Source of the DNA: a bacterium
GTDB lineage: Bacteria; Zhuqueibacterota; Zhuqueibacteria; Oceanimicrobiales; Oceanimicrobiaceae
NCBI GenBank assembly: GCA_046757025.1
Contig: JBHHXN010000119.1
Span: 1 to 16,256, forward strand
DNA length: 16,256 bases
Reading direction: 5' to 3'
In this document: in pieces, positions 1 through 8,033 of the stretch
Position numbering within the stretch: the first letter of the stretch is position 1
Layout: each line of letters opens with the position of its first letter
Program-made: the position numbers and the translations under genes
Notes under the pieces: model-generated
Database searches by the model: none
What the model was told of the DNA's origin: nothing
The model's input: only the letters and a program-made list of their open reading frames with translations

Positions 1-509
1 ACAACCAGACATGCCATGAGAATACACATCAATAGCATACTGGTGAAGGATTTGGTCATGACCACGCTTTGTTCACTTGCACCACTAACAACCAGATTGC
101 GATGGCAAATATCCACTAAGTCGTTGGCCGGATAACACGTAAGAGCCAATGTCTCAATACGCAAATTTTCTTTGATATACCGGGCAGCCCAAACAGTCTC
201 TGTGGTTTTTCCCGAACGAGAAATAAGAACAGCCAAGTAATCGCATTTGGAAGAAAATATTGATTCTGAAAAGAGAAATACATCAGATGAAGGAATTGCT
301 CGAGCCTTTTGATGGGTAATCGTAGTAAAAATACTTGCTGCTGATAAAGCCAGATAATACGAGGTACCGCACCCGATAAAAACGACCTCCGAGTCCTTTT
401 TCTTCTGCAAATAGGAGCCAAGGTTTTCCTGAACTTTATCCATATTCTCAAGTACGATTCGCCAGGCATTCGGCTGATCTAAAATTTCCCTAAGTGTTTG
501 GCTTTGCAT
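1..509 (-). CDS. SIS-domain sugar-phosphate isomerase/deaminase (AgaS/GlmS-C/FrlB-like), 3' end runs off the window
   Basis: Not in the ORF track; manual translation from ATG at 509 (AAGGAG RBS upstream): MQSQTLREILDQPNAW...VVFIGCGTSYYLA...VLISRSGKTTETVWAA...ASEQSVVMTKSFTSMLL, with the SIS motifs GCGTS, SRSG-T-ET and TKSFTS. Open to position 1. Confidence 0.9.
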   Translation of the reverse strand, partial: MQSQTLREILDQPNAWRIVLENMDKVQENLGSYLQKKKDSEVVFIGCGTSYYLALSAASIFTTITHQKARAIPSSDVFLFSESIFSSKCDYLAVLISRSGKTTETVWAARYIKENLRIETLALTCYPANDLVDICHRNLVVSGASEQSVVMTKSFTSMLLMCILMACLV

Positions 510-667
510 TAATCACTCCTTCCTCACGCAAATTTTCAACTTAGTCAAACAAAGAAAACATTTTACCCACAGCTTCGAATCAAAAAAGCAGGTAAATACT
601 CCTTTTGCCTTTGTAATGCAGACATCTCGCCATAAGTAGCACGCGGGTTAAATAATCGCGATGCACT

Positions 668-1453
668 TCAGGCAATTAAAACTTCAATCCCGCGATCAAC
701 TAAATAAGCAAAGTCATCGTCCGGAATTCCACTATCCGTAACGACCTTTGAAATCTCGGTTACATCTGATATAAGTGAAAAACTTCGAACACCGAACTTA
801 CTGGAATCAGTTACAACGATAGTTTCACGGGAAATGTCGATCATAAGTTTATTCAGGTGGGCTTCGAGAACGTTGGGGGTTGTCAGGCCATGCTCCACAT
901 GAAAACCATCAACTCCCATAAAAAATTTCTCAACAAAATGTTTACGAAGAGTGCTTTCGGCGTGTGGCCCCACAAGCGAATAAGACTCCGGCCGCATTAT
1001 CCCTCCGGTGAGCGTTACGGTCAAATTCTCGAATTGCGCCAGTTCCCACGCAATGTTTATCGCATTGGTAATAACAGTCAGGTTTTTTTTACTGCCAAAA
1101 TTCCGGGCAATTTCCATAGTTGAAGATCCGGAATCAAGTATTACGGTTTCGCCATCCTGCACCAACTCAGCAGCACGTTTCCCAATCCTGCGTTTTTCTT
1201 CAACGTGCTTTTTTCTTTTGTCTTCAACTGGTAAATCTCTTACAAAGAAATTTGAGGAGATGGCTCCCCCATGTGTGCGGTGGACGAGTCCTTTTTGGCC
1301 GAGAACTTTTAGATCGTTGCGAATAGTCACCTCGGAAACTTTAAATCGTTTACAGATCTCCTGAACGCGGACATTTCCGTCTCTTTGCAGGATATCTAAT
1401 ATCTCGCTGCGTCTTTCAACAGTCGTATTTGATGGGTGATTATTCTTTCGCAT
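668..1453 (-). CDS. DeoR/GlpR-family transcriptional repressor, AgaR-like
   Basis: N-terminal HTH (ERRSEIL...VSEVTIRNDL...RTHGGA) and DeoR sensor domain (ILDSGSST, VITN, FMGVDG, DSSKF); upstream of a SIS gene. Confidence 0.93.
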   Translation of the reverse strand: MRKNNHPSNTTVERRSEILDILQRDGNVRVQEICKRFKVSEVTIRNDLKVLGQKGLVHRTHGGAISSNFFVRDLPVEDKRKKHVEEKRRIGKRAAELVQDGETVILDSGSSTMEIARNFGSKKNLTVITNAINIAWELAQFENLTVTLTGGIMRPESYSLVGPHAESTLRKHFVEKFFMGVDGFHVEHGLTTPNVLEAHLNKLMIDISRETIVVTDSSKFGVRSFSLISDVTEISKVVTDSGIPDDDFAYLVDRGIEVLIA

Positions 1454-1538
1454 TTGACACTCGCCTTTGCCTTTGTTGAGTCAAACACACAACATAAAAG
1501 ATATTGAAAGTATTATATTTTCATATTCTTTTTATTTA

Positions 1539-1558
1539 CTTTCGTTTCCTTTCGTTTT
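1539..1558. promoter_or_regulatory. AgaR-type operator, direct repeat CTTTC-N5-CTTTC
   Basis: CTTTCGTTTC CTTTCGTTTT, directly downstream of the predicted -10 of the regulator gene; an inverted GAAAG lies at 1506-1510. Confidence 0.65.
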
Positions 1559-1587
1559 AAGATAAATAAATAAATCCTATTTGTCAA
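1559..1587 (-). promoter_or_regulatory. sigma70-type promoter of the agaR-like gene
   Basis: Minus strand TTGACA (1587-1582), 17-nt spacer, TATCTT (1564-1559). Confidence 0.7.
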
Positions 1588-1947
1588 CACTTTTTTTACA
1601 AAATTTTATTTTTTTCTCAATTCAGGCTTGAAAACAGGCGATTTTGAAGATTTTTCGATGGGCTCGTTAGGCTTCCCTCGCCTAATTGGCGAAAATTAGA
1701 TTTAAAAATTGGTTGAGGAAAGCGCTACTGAATCGTTGATCTTTTAGTGATGAAATAATTGGATATAATTCGAAAACAAAGAAGGAAATCCAACCGATCT
1801 GGGGTATCGATCCAAACTAAACTTCATCCTGGTAAAGCAATACCTGCATCGTATATGAAGACTTTGGCAGAAATTATCTTTGGTCATCAATAATCATAAA
1901 AATGCCCACAGCATTGGAACACTTAACCTCAATCGAACCACGGCTTT

Positions 1948-2709
1948 TCATCCAGCTTTATCGAGATCAAACGCAAACAGGGCACTCTGCGCAATCCGCG
2001 TGGAATAAGCGCTTTGTGCCAAAGTCAAATACAAGCCATCCACCTGTTCCTTTGTGGCTCGATACTCCTGCGCGTGTTCTTCTGACCAGAAGAAAACCGA
2101 ATGGCGTCAGTACGCGTCGATGATGTTCGCTTCCGTGAAGGTTTCTCAATCCACATTGGGTTCAAACACCAGCGGCTGTGCTCCTGGCAGGTGGAAACGG
2201 TAGTTCAAATCGCTATCCAGCTCGAATCGCATGGGTTGTGCACAACACGCGCATTCAGTCTCGATTATGACTGAAAGCTTTTCCTTTCGCAATTGCCCTT
2301 GCACGAAGGGCGCCGCCATGGCGTCTTCGCCTCAGGCGGCGTACAGCCGCTCGCCGCTGCTGTAGGTTAACCGCTGCGGAGTCGGATCCACGGTAACCGG
2401 GTAGGCCCAGGAAACCGCGCCTTTCTTATTTCGAAACAGAAAAAACAAATGGCTCTCTAAATCATCGAGGATGGTTTGTATCTTTTCCAGCGGCAATGTC
2501 AACTGCTCGGATAAAAAGTCTGGCTCTATAGGCCTCCCGATTCGGGGCAGCTCCCGCACCACGAAATACCGCACTCGATGGTGATCCGCTGTCATAAAAT
2601 ATAGTCGACGCGCGATGTGCTGCGGAGCCCGGGACAGATGATGTTCCCATTGCTTTCGGGGTATCTGGATGATTTTACGGCCGCGTCCAGAATGGATGTA
2701 ATCGTGCAT
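1948..2709 (-). CDS. MerB-like alkylmercury/organometal lyase family protein, putative selenoprotein (253 aa; in-frame UGA at codons 126, 188, 201)
   Basis: ATG 2709 with AAGGAG RBS. Translation: ...WAYPVTVDPTPQRLTYSSGERLYAA-UGA-GEDAMAAPFVQGQLRKEKLSVIIETECACCAQPMRFELDSDLNYRFHLPGAQPLVFEPNVD-UGA-ETFTEANIIDAY-UGA-RHSVFFWSEEHAQEYRATKEQVDGLYLTLAQSAYSTRIAQSALFAFDLDKAG-stop (1948-1950). LYAA-U-GED resembles MerB LYAWCAxD and AY-U-RHSVFF resembles MerB FCCHVHFF. Confidence 0.8.
2077..2094 (-). other. SECIS-like hairpin 3' of UGA codon 201
   Basis: mRNA UUCUUCU-GGUC-AGAAGAA: 7-bp stem starting 12 nt after the UGA (2107-2109); apical loop begins with GG 19 nt from the UGA. Confidence 0.6.
2295..2311 (-). 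other. SECIS-like hairpin 3' of UGA codon 126
   Basis: mRNA GCCCUU-CGUGC-AAGGGC: 6-bp stem starting 20 nt after the UGA (2332-2334); loop 26 nt from the UGA with G at loop position 2. Confidence 0.6.
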
Positions 2710-2751
2710 CTTGCTTGCTCCTTGAGTAAAATTGATATCTCCATTTCTGCC

Positions 2752-4578
2752 TCACGCTTCACGAACCTTCAACACTACGAAGGTAATATCATCATTTTGA
2801 GGTCTGTTATTTCGCCATTTTTCGCCCGCGTCTTTCAGGTGGGCAATGATCTCATCGGGCGATTTATGCGCCACCTCGCGAAAAAGAGATTTCACCTTGG
2901 GATAATCCAACACCTCGCGCTTTTCGTTGAACAACTCTTGGAAGCCGTCGGTCATGAGAAGTATGACATCGCCGGCGGCCAGTTCGATCTCGGACACTTC
3001 ATAGGGAAAATGATTGTGCGCTCCCAGTGGCATGCTCTTCATGATTACTTCTTCTATTTTCTGGGATTCGTTTCGGAAAATTAACATGGGAGGCATGCCG
3101 GCTGAAGAAGCAATAATTCGACGCCCCTTGATTCTCAACAAACTCAAGGACATAAATAAATTGCCGATTTGCATTTGTTTGATAATTTCGGTGCAGCGAT
3201 TGAAAAAATCCGGGATCATCAAATTGCAGCCAAGCGCGCTGAACAGACTTTTGATGGTTGCCACCATCAACCCGGCCCGGGTGCCGTGGCCGGTGGCATC
3301 GCCGATGGCAATGTGCAGGGTGCCGTCGCTGGTCTGATTGAAGTCGTAGTAATCGCCGCCCACCTCGGTAGCTGTGTTCATGTAAACTCCGATTTCGAGA
3401 TCAGGCAGGTGCGGAATCTCATTTGGCAGCATAGAGAGCTGCAATTGTCGCGCTTCTTCCAGCTCCCTGGTTTTTCGTCGATTATCCGCTTCTATCAATT
3501 TGCGGGCGAATTCCTGTTCAGTTATGCGCCGCTCTTGCACAAGCAGTCGTTGATTGGTTCGCGCAAAATCGCGCGCCAAATACACCGACATGGCCACAAA
3601 GAGACCGATGGAGCCAAAATAGTAAGCATTGGTAATTTGATTGATGGGCGCCATTAATCCCAGATCCAGCAACGCATCGTAAGAACCGAACAGAAATAAA
3701 ATCAATATGCCGGTCGCAAAAATCCAGGCTCCGTCTGTTTTTTTTCTGATAGCCTGAATAATGATCCGGCTCACTTCCATATGCGCGAAAAGGGAACACA
3801 CCACAAAATAATGATAATGAGTTTGCGGTTTCAACACGATCAAAATACCTACCCCGATTAAAATCGATGTAAAAATCCAGAATTGCCCGGGACATTTTTC
3901 AAAAAAAATCGCGTAAACGAATCTCAGAAACAACAGGACGCCGACCGGTCCCAGGAATCGATGCACCCTCAAGTAGCGCAGCGCCTCCGCATTGTTTGCC
4001 ATCAAATCGGATTGAATATCCACGAAAATGCCGGCAGCCGATACGAATAAAAACAAAGCATAATACAAATTCGCTTTGGTTGCCGGCGAATACAAAAATA
4101 AAATTAAATGCAAAAGCGCAAACGCCAGCGGCAGAGCCGTAAAAAACATTTGCTCGCTGCGCTGCTGCAGCATGGCCTCCAACTTCTGTCGAGCCTCCTC
4201 CAAATTTGTCGATAGACCTGCCAGAGGACGCGATGGTTGGAAAAACGTCACGTGGACGCTCGAATTCTGCACCGCCAAAATTTGACTTGCTCCGGGCTCA
4301 ACCGACAACGCGTGCGGTTTGCGCAGCAGCTCCACAAGCGGCCATTCATCATGAACTCCGGCATGATTAACGCGGCCGTATTCATCGTCAGGACGATGCC
4401 TCCACACATGGCCTCCCATTTGGACGGCGTTGGGCATTCCGAGCACCTTCCTTTCGAGATCCAGGGAAGCCGGCTGCGATGGCCTTGAATAAATCGCACC
4501 GGATTCGACAGGTTGTAGAAAAAAACAAACGCCCAGCGTCAGCACAGACAAGGATAAAACCAGAGACCTTTTGCGCAT
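2752..4578 (-). CDS. Membrane-bound PP2C/SpoIIE-family phosphatase with 7TM (7TMR-DISM-like) sensor region
   Basis: Signal-like N-terminus, about seven hydrophobic helices, coiled coil, then SpoIIE motifs ARQLQLSMLP, EVGGDYYDF, IGDATGHG, SAGMPP, LMTDGFQE, NDDITFVV. Confidence 0.9.
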   Translation of the reverse strand: MRKRSLVLSLSVLTLGVCFFLQPVESGAIYSRPSQPASLDLERKVLGMPNAVQMGGHVWRHRPDDEYGRVNHAGVHDEWPLVELLRKPHALSVEPGASQILAVQNSSVHVTFFQPSRPLAGLSTNLEEARQKLEAMLQQRSEQMFFTALPLAFALLHLILFLYSPATKANLYYALFLFVSAAGIFVDIQSDLMANNAEALRYLRVHRFLGPVGVLLFLRFVYAIFFEKCPGQFWIFTSILIGVGILIVLKPQTHYHYFVVCSLFAHMEVSRIIIQAIRKKTDGAWIFATGILILFLFGSYDALLDLGLMAPINQITNAYYFGSIGLFVAMSVYLARDFARTNQRLLVQERRITEQEFARKLIEADNRRKTRELEEARQLQLSMLPNEIPHLPDLEIGVYMNTATEVGGDYYDFNQTSDGTLHIAIGDATGHGTRAGLMVATIKSLFSALGCNLMIPDFFNRCTEIIKQMQIGNLFMSLSLLRIKGRRIIASSAGMPPMLIFRNESQKIEEVIMKSMPLGAHNHFPYEVSEIELAAGDVILLMTDGFQELFNEKREVLDYPKVKSLFREVAHKSPDEIIAHLKDAGEKWRNNRPQNDDITFVVLKVREA

Positions 4579-4622
4579 TTAATAGTCCGTTTGCAATTCG
4601 TGACAATACCGCCAACAGTATG

Positions 4623-5453
4623 TCATGAACGGTATTTTGGAGACAGGCCATTTTCGCCCACCAGCATCAGCAGGTTGGCGGTGTTCTTTTGAATCAGCTC
4701 GGTGGTGCTTCCAAAAAGCTTTTCTAACACGCGGCCGTGGCCGTACGCCCCCATCGCGATCAATGCGTCTCGGGGAATGGCCTCCAGCAACGTCACCACC
4801 GAGCCGGCAGGCAGACAGTTCCACTGGCCGATGCCCGCTCTATCGATCTGTTGCTCTTCCAGGATACGCTCATAGTCGGACAGTTCCCTACCCTCTTCCA
4901 ACAAAGTCAACATATTAACCGCTAAATTCGCATGTCTGGAAATGAGCAGGGCCCATTTTAAAGCGCTGATGGAAAAATCAGAACCGCCGAACAAAACCAA
5001 AATCTCCTGCCAGTCATGAAACCGGCCCGGCGACAGCAACGCCGGCGTCGGGGTGCTTTTCACGATTTGCCGAATGCCCGCGCCGATGGCCGACAGCTGC
5101 ATCCGCCCTTGACGTTCCACCATAATTCTGGGTAAACTCAGCAAATCGAAATTCGTGGGTAAATTGGGTAAGGAGGAAGCGGTCTTGGAAGCGATTTTGA
5201 CGAAACTGAATGGAATTTCAAACGGCTCCACGATCTGTCGAACATTGTGCTCAGCCGTATCCGGGAGGTACAGATAAGACTGATCCAGCCGGATTTCCAC
5301 CGCTTCTCTTTCAAAATAAAACAAAAAACGGTCGTACTGTGGAATGTACACCTGCAGTTTACCGTGTATTTTCCTGGTAAAATCCGCTGCCTGTCTGAGG
5401 GTTTCCCGACCCAACGGCGTGTTGCGGTAAATGTGTAGAATGTTCATAGTCAT
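4623..5453 (-). CDS. Universal stress protein (tandem Usp-like domains)
   Basis: C-terminal Usp motif IAMGAYGHGRVLEKLFGSTTELI and ILVLFGGSDFSISALKWA. Confidence 0.8.
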   Translation of the reverse strand: MTMNILHIYRNTPLGRETLRQAADFTRKIHGKLQVYIPQYDRFLFYFEREAVEIRLDQSYLYLPDTAEHNVRQIVEPFEIPFSFVKIASKTASSLPNLPTNFDLLSLPRIMVERQGRMQLSAIGAGIRQIVKSTPTPALLSPGRFHDWQEILVLFGGSDFSISALKWALLISRHANLAVNMLTLLEEGRELSDYERILEEQQIDRAGIGQWNCLPAGSVVTLLEAIPRDALIAMGAYGHGRVLEKLFGSTTELIQKNTANLLMLVGENGLSPKYRS

Positions 5454-5478
5454 TTTGTTTCTTCGTCCTTATTAAAAG

Positions 5479-7602
5479 TCAAATTCTTCGAATGTATTCT
5501 TTAAACGCTGCAATTTTTTCTTTATTGCCGAAAATGATAATTTTATCTCCATGACTGAATCGATAATGAACGTGTGGGAAAATTCGCTGAACCGTTTGCT
5601 CGGATTCGGCAAAGGGCCCGTTATCTTTTTCGATCATCAACACATCCACTTCGAATCGATTGCGTAACCGTAAATCTTTGATGGTTTTGTTGACAAATTT
5701 TTTCGGGATGTTCGTTTCCATGATAGAAAAGCCCGGCAGCACATCCTGCACTTCGTTTGGATTGAGGGTTTGCAGATCCCCGGCCAGGCCGTCCATCAAA
5801 TTCAACTTGACTTTCGCCTGGTTGTAGGCATTTAGGATGTCCTGGTAATGGATGCATCCCAGCACTTCGGCCGGTGCTTTTGAGCTCACCACCGGAATTT
5901 CTTCCGATCGATATTTCGCGAACGCGCGCATGGCATAATCGAGATTATCTTTGTCTTTCAGAGTCACGATATTCGATTCGGCCAGATCTTTGGCCACGAT
6001 CATCGCCTTCAAGTTCTGATATTCGGTGATCAATTGATGCAAATTCGTGGAAAGAATGACGCCGTTCAGTTTCCCCGAACGGTTGGTAGTGTAGATGGTG
6101 TCGTGAGGGTGATCCAGGCAGTATTGAATCAGCTCTGCCAGGGTGGTGCTTTCCGGCACCGTTAAAATTTCTTTGCGCATGACACTGGCGACGCTGATGG
6201 ATTCCAGTATACGGGTGTCTTTTCCCACCGAATAATGGTAGCCCTGGCGCTGCAGCTCCCGCGCGTAAATGGAGCCTTTCAAAGTCATTTGTACGACCAG
6301 AGTACTCCCCACAACACCCACCATGAGTGGCAAGATGAAATGATAATCGTTGGTCATTTCGAATAAAATCATGATGGCGGTTAACGGCACTGAGTTGATG
6401 CCGGACAGCACCGCCCCCATGCCTACCAGTGTGTAGGTGGTCGGATCCAGGTGAATGCCGAACAGGTAATTTAAGCCGGTGGCAAAAACAAATCCCAGAC
6501 AGGCGCCCATGAACAGGGACGGAGCAAACACCCCGCCAAATCCACCGGCTCCCAAAATGAGGGTAACAAGAATAAATTTTAACAGGAGCAGCGTTCCCAC
6601 CGTATGCCAGGGCAGGGAATCGGCCAACACACGATTCATGGTTTCATAACCGATGCCAAATATTTCGGGATGCCAGTAGCCAGCCAATCCCATCAGCAAT
6701 CCCACAGCCGCCATGCCCACCCCTTTTGGCAAATGGCGGTAAAGGAGTTGGCATCGTTGCTTAATCCATTCATTGAAACGAATAAAAGCAATGGAGACGA
6801 GTCCGGCAACCATCCCCAGCAACAAGTAAAAAAAGAATAATCGGTAGGAACCGATTTCCAGGGATTTAAAAATAAAGGCGGGTTCGTTTCCCAGCAAAAT
6901 TCTCGAAACGGCACTGGCTGAAACCGAAGCTAAGAGAAACGCGCTCAACGCGGAGGCGCGAAAATCCTGCAGCAGCACCACCTCGATGGCAAAGAACACA
7001 CCGGCCAGGGGGGTGTTAAATATCGCGGCGATGGCTGCCCCGGCGGCAGCGGCTGTGAAGACCCGCTGCCGGGATTCCGTCAGTCCCATGAGACGGCCCA
7101 CCGCCGCCACTGCCCCGGCACCGGATTGCGCAGCCGGCGCCTCCGGACCAACTGTGCCGCCCATGCCGATGCAAATGGCTGGTGCGAAAAAATGAAAAAG
7201 CGTGGTTCGAAACGGAATACGACCATTGCGCAACCCCACGGCTTTAATGATTTCGAGCACCCCACGCTGGCCCGCCTCTCTGGGCGCCAGGGTGGTCATG
7301 AGGCTCTGAATCAGCATGCCCATCATGGGGATTAGAATGATGACCAGCCCCCAGTCCAGATGGCGGCTGTCGCCGTCAATGGTCAGATCGGATATCACCT
7401 CGATGATCTCGTGCAAACCCACCCCGGCGAAGCCAGCCACAATGCCAAGAAATATGGAAAACAGGGTTAAAATCGTGTATTCTGGCACGCCCAGGCCGGC
7501 CAACAATCTGCCCAGTCGCAGCTGCTGTTTTTTAAATGTACGTCGGATTTTTTGCACGCGCATGAAATTGAGTGGAATAAAGGTCCAAAACGGTGTTCTC
7601 AA
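5479..7602 (-). CDS. ClC-family chloride channel/antiporter with CBS pair and C-terminal TrkA_C (RCK_C) domain
   Basis: ClC motifs GGTVGPEAP, AAIFNTPLAGVFFAIEV, GGVFAPSLFMGA, IMILFEMTNDY, SIY; CBS repeats; KTIKDLRLRNRFEVDVLMIEK TrkA_C. True start may be the ATG at 7563. Confidence 0.92.
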   Translation of the reverse strand: MRTPFWTFIPLNFMRVQKIRRTFKKQQLRLGRLLAGLGVPEYTILTLFSIFLGIVAGFAGVGLHEIIEVISDLTIDGDSRHLDWGLVIILIPMMGMLIQSLMTTLAPREAGQRGVLEIIKAVGLRNGRIPFRTTLFHFFAPAICIGMGGTVGPEAPAAQSGAGAVAAVGRLMGLTESRQRVFTAAAAGAAIAAIFNTPLAGVFFAIEVVLLQDFRASALSAFLLASVSASAVSRILLGNEPAFIFKSLEIGSYRLFFFYLLLGMVAGLVSIAFIRFNEWIKQRCQLLYRHLPKGVGMAAVGLLMGLAGYWHPEIFGIGYETMNRVLADSLPWHTVGTLLLLKFILVTLILGAGGFGGVFAPSLFMGACLGFVFATGLNYLFGIHLDPTTYTLVGMGAVLSGINSVPLTAIMILFEMTNDYHFILPLMVGVVGSTLVVQMTLKGSIYARELQRQGYHYSVGKDTRILESISVASVMRKEILTVPESTTLAELIQYCLDHPHDTIYTTNRSGKLNGVILSTNLHQLITEYQNLKAMIVAKDLAESNIVTLKDKDNLDYAMRAFAKYRSEEIPVVSSKAPAEVLGCIHYQDILNAYNQAKVKLNLMDGLAGDLQTLNPNEVQDVLPGFSIMETNIPKKFVNKTIKDLRLRNRFEVDVLMIEKDNGPFAESEQTVQRIFPHVHYRFSHGDKIIIFGNKEKIAAFKEYIRRI

Positions 7603-7671
7603 TGTAAAGTCTAAACATACAAAAAAAAGTTGTACAAATCAAATCCCAATGACCATTTGAGTGGCATCGCT

Positions 7672-7704
7672 AAAAAAAGTCGGCTGGAGACAGTTTCTCC
7701 ATCC
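7672..7704 (-). terminator. Rho-independent terminator downstream of hgcB
   Basis: Minus strand GGA-TGGAGA-AACTG-TCTCCA-GCC-GAC-TTTTTTT. Confidence 0.6.
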
Positions 7705-7759
7705 CAGAGACTTAGACTGTGGATTGTATCCTAACGCAAGCCGCCGGCGGTAGCAAATG

Positions 7760-8032
7760 TCAAGCGGCAGCGCAAGCGGTCTCTTTTTTGCCGGTGATGG
7801 CCGCATAAATCATCGCCGTGGCACAACCCACTCCGCTATCCACCGAAATGGCGCCAGTGGGACAATTCAGCTGGCAGGCACCGCACTCCATACAGTTCGC
7901 CGGACGCACTAGCTCCACCACGCCGTTGGTTCTTTCAAACACGGCGTGGGGACAAACCGAGCTGCATATTTTACAATGATTGCATAGCGCGGGATTAAAA
8001 CGCAGCGTGTTTTGCAAATACGCGTTGAACAT
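7760..8032 (-). CDS. hgcB: Mercury methylation ferredoxin HgcB (2x[4Fe-4S])
   Basis: Two CxxCxxCxxxC motifs including the HgcB signature CMECGAC and the conserved GVGCA; starts 1 nt after the hgcA stop. Confidence 0.95.
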   Translation of the reverse strand: MFNAYLQNTLRFNPALCNHCKICSSVCPHAVFERTNGVVELVRPANCMECGACQLNCPTGAISVDSGVGCATAMIYAAITGKKETACAAA

Positions 8033-8033
8033 C

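Noticed and set aside
116..469. 117-aa minus-strand ORF in the track
   Set aside because: Alternative-frame shadow of the real SIS-domain gene starting at 509.
1902..2149. Short ORFs 1902-2123 (+) and 1967-2149 (-)
   Set aside because: They overlap the read-through C-terminal part of the MerB-like gene in other frames and have no motifs.
1948..2709. Genome-wide UGA reassignment (Trp or Gly) as the explanation for the internal UGAs
   Set aside because: Other genes (DeoR, PP2C, Usp, ClC, hgcA, arsM, CBS) end in UGA at plausible family C-termini, none has internal UGAs, and Trp is encoded by TGG.
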